From a virus, in IMG/VR virus record IMGVR_UViG_3300036879_000022, positions 1 through 64,000 of that record: a stretch of 64,000 bases of DNA; one strand, 5' to 3'. The position numbers and the translations under genes are program-made. Below, one piece after another: positions 63,077 to 64,000 of the stretch. Every line of letters starts with the position of its first letter. Position 1 is the first letter of the stretch. The notes under the pieces were generated by a model that was not told the DNA's origin, searched no databases, and saw nothing but the letters and a program-made list of their open reading frames with translations.

Positions 63077-63178
63077 TGGAGAGGTCGGAGGGTATCGAAC
63101 CCTCTACGCCTGCGGGGCGTGTCCGATGTAGGCCTTGCATCCGCTTCCCGCGTTCCGGGGATGGGGCCGTCGATCTCT
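63077..63178 (-). ncRNA. tRNA-like RNA lacking a canonical anticodon arm
   Basis: GAGATCG/CGACCTC acceptor + T-CCA; perfect T arm GAGGG-TTCGATA-CCCTC; upstream TTGCAC-N16-TATGTT. Confidence 0.65.
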
Positions 63179-63729
63179 TGTGTCCCCAACATACACGCTG
63201 CCCCCGGCCGTGCAAGGCAAACCGATGCTTATGGTTTACGAACCGTGAAGACCCTTGCAGAATAGGCGTTAGCGAAGCGTTAACCACGGCGAGCGGTTTG
63301 ACTTGCGAGCCGCGATGGCATGCGCTACATCGGTGGGTATAAGAGATGGAGCAAAGCAAGTGACCTACGAAGTGAGCATCAAGACCCAATACGCGCAGGC
63401 CGATAGCGTCTTTATCGAAGCGGCTACCGCGAAAGACGCGATATCGAAAGCCCGCCGGACCGCTCGTCTTGAAGGCTGGTTCTGTCTCCGCAATGACGGG
63501 CGTGTTACCTACACAGTGGTTAAGTGATGCATTTACGCACCGTCAACAACGTGTTCTCCGCCTCGAAGCTCCCGATCGAGCTTGTCAAGGGCAAGGACTA
63601 TCTGTACCTCATCTTCGATGACGGCACGCGCTACGACACGCTGTCCATCATGGTGCCGAGGCTCAACGATCTCACGCTCGCGCAGTGGGTCGAAGAGGGA
63701 AAACAATTCGCCGCGAAAATGGAAAGCAA

Positions 63730-63987
63730 ATGAGCAAGCGCAAAACGATCCAGATCGCCGACCTCAAGGCGAAGGCCAACAAGGTCTTCCGCGAAAGCGA
63801 AGATGATTATGCGGACGGTCGCCGGCACATCCAGAACTTCGTCGAGAACGTCTTGATGGAGGCCGATCAGTACAAGGGCTTCGGCTACCTGAGCAAGGAC
63901 AAGGTCGCCCCGGGCAAGACGTTCGGGATCGAGTTCGTCGGCAATGAGCCTAAGTTTCATGACCATACCCGGATCGAGTTCTTTTAA
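63730..63987 (+). CDS. hypothetical protein
   Basis: ATGA-coupled to the upstream 63524-63733 ORF. Confidence 0.65.
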   Translation: MSKRKTIQIADLKAKANKVFRESEDDYADGRRHIQNFVENVLMEADQYKGFGYLSKDKVAPGKTFGIEFVGNEPKFHDHTRIEFF

Positions 63988-64000
63988 CCACGATCAACGG

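Overview
This GC-rich window is part of a large tailed-phage genome, most likely infecting an alphaproteobacterium. The host inference rests on a two-piece permuted tmRNA, an Flp pilin, CtrA-like boxes and apparent GANTC avoidance. No head, tail or terminase genes are recognisable here. The window holds an IS200/IS605 end with tnpA, nucleotide-metabolism genes, a cluster of nine tRNAs next to RtcB, an AAA-ATPase module, and the replication block (SNF2-like helicase, family A DNA polymerase, SSB, DUF2800 nuclease, primase-helicase). It also holds a Mom-like DNA-modification gene, tmRNA, a ~1 kb AT-rich non-coding switch point at 50.1-51.2 kb, and many small hypothetical genes. The strongest finding is a 76-nt tRNA-Gly(UCC) at 36045-36120, embedded in the 5' end of the mom-like gene. 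It keeps the glycyl-tRNA synthetase identity elements but has lost the features needed for ribosomal use, suggesting a dedicated glycine-donor RNA for DNA hypermodification. Other notable items are three further non-canonical tRNA-like RNAs, several unannotated structured RNAs, and an orphan TnpB omegaRNA-like cassette near the pilin gene. All family calls come from motif recognition by eye; no database searches were run.
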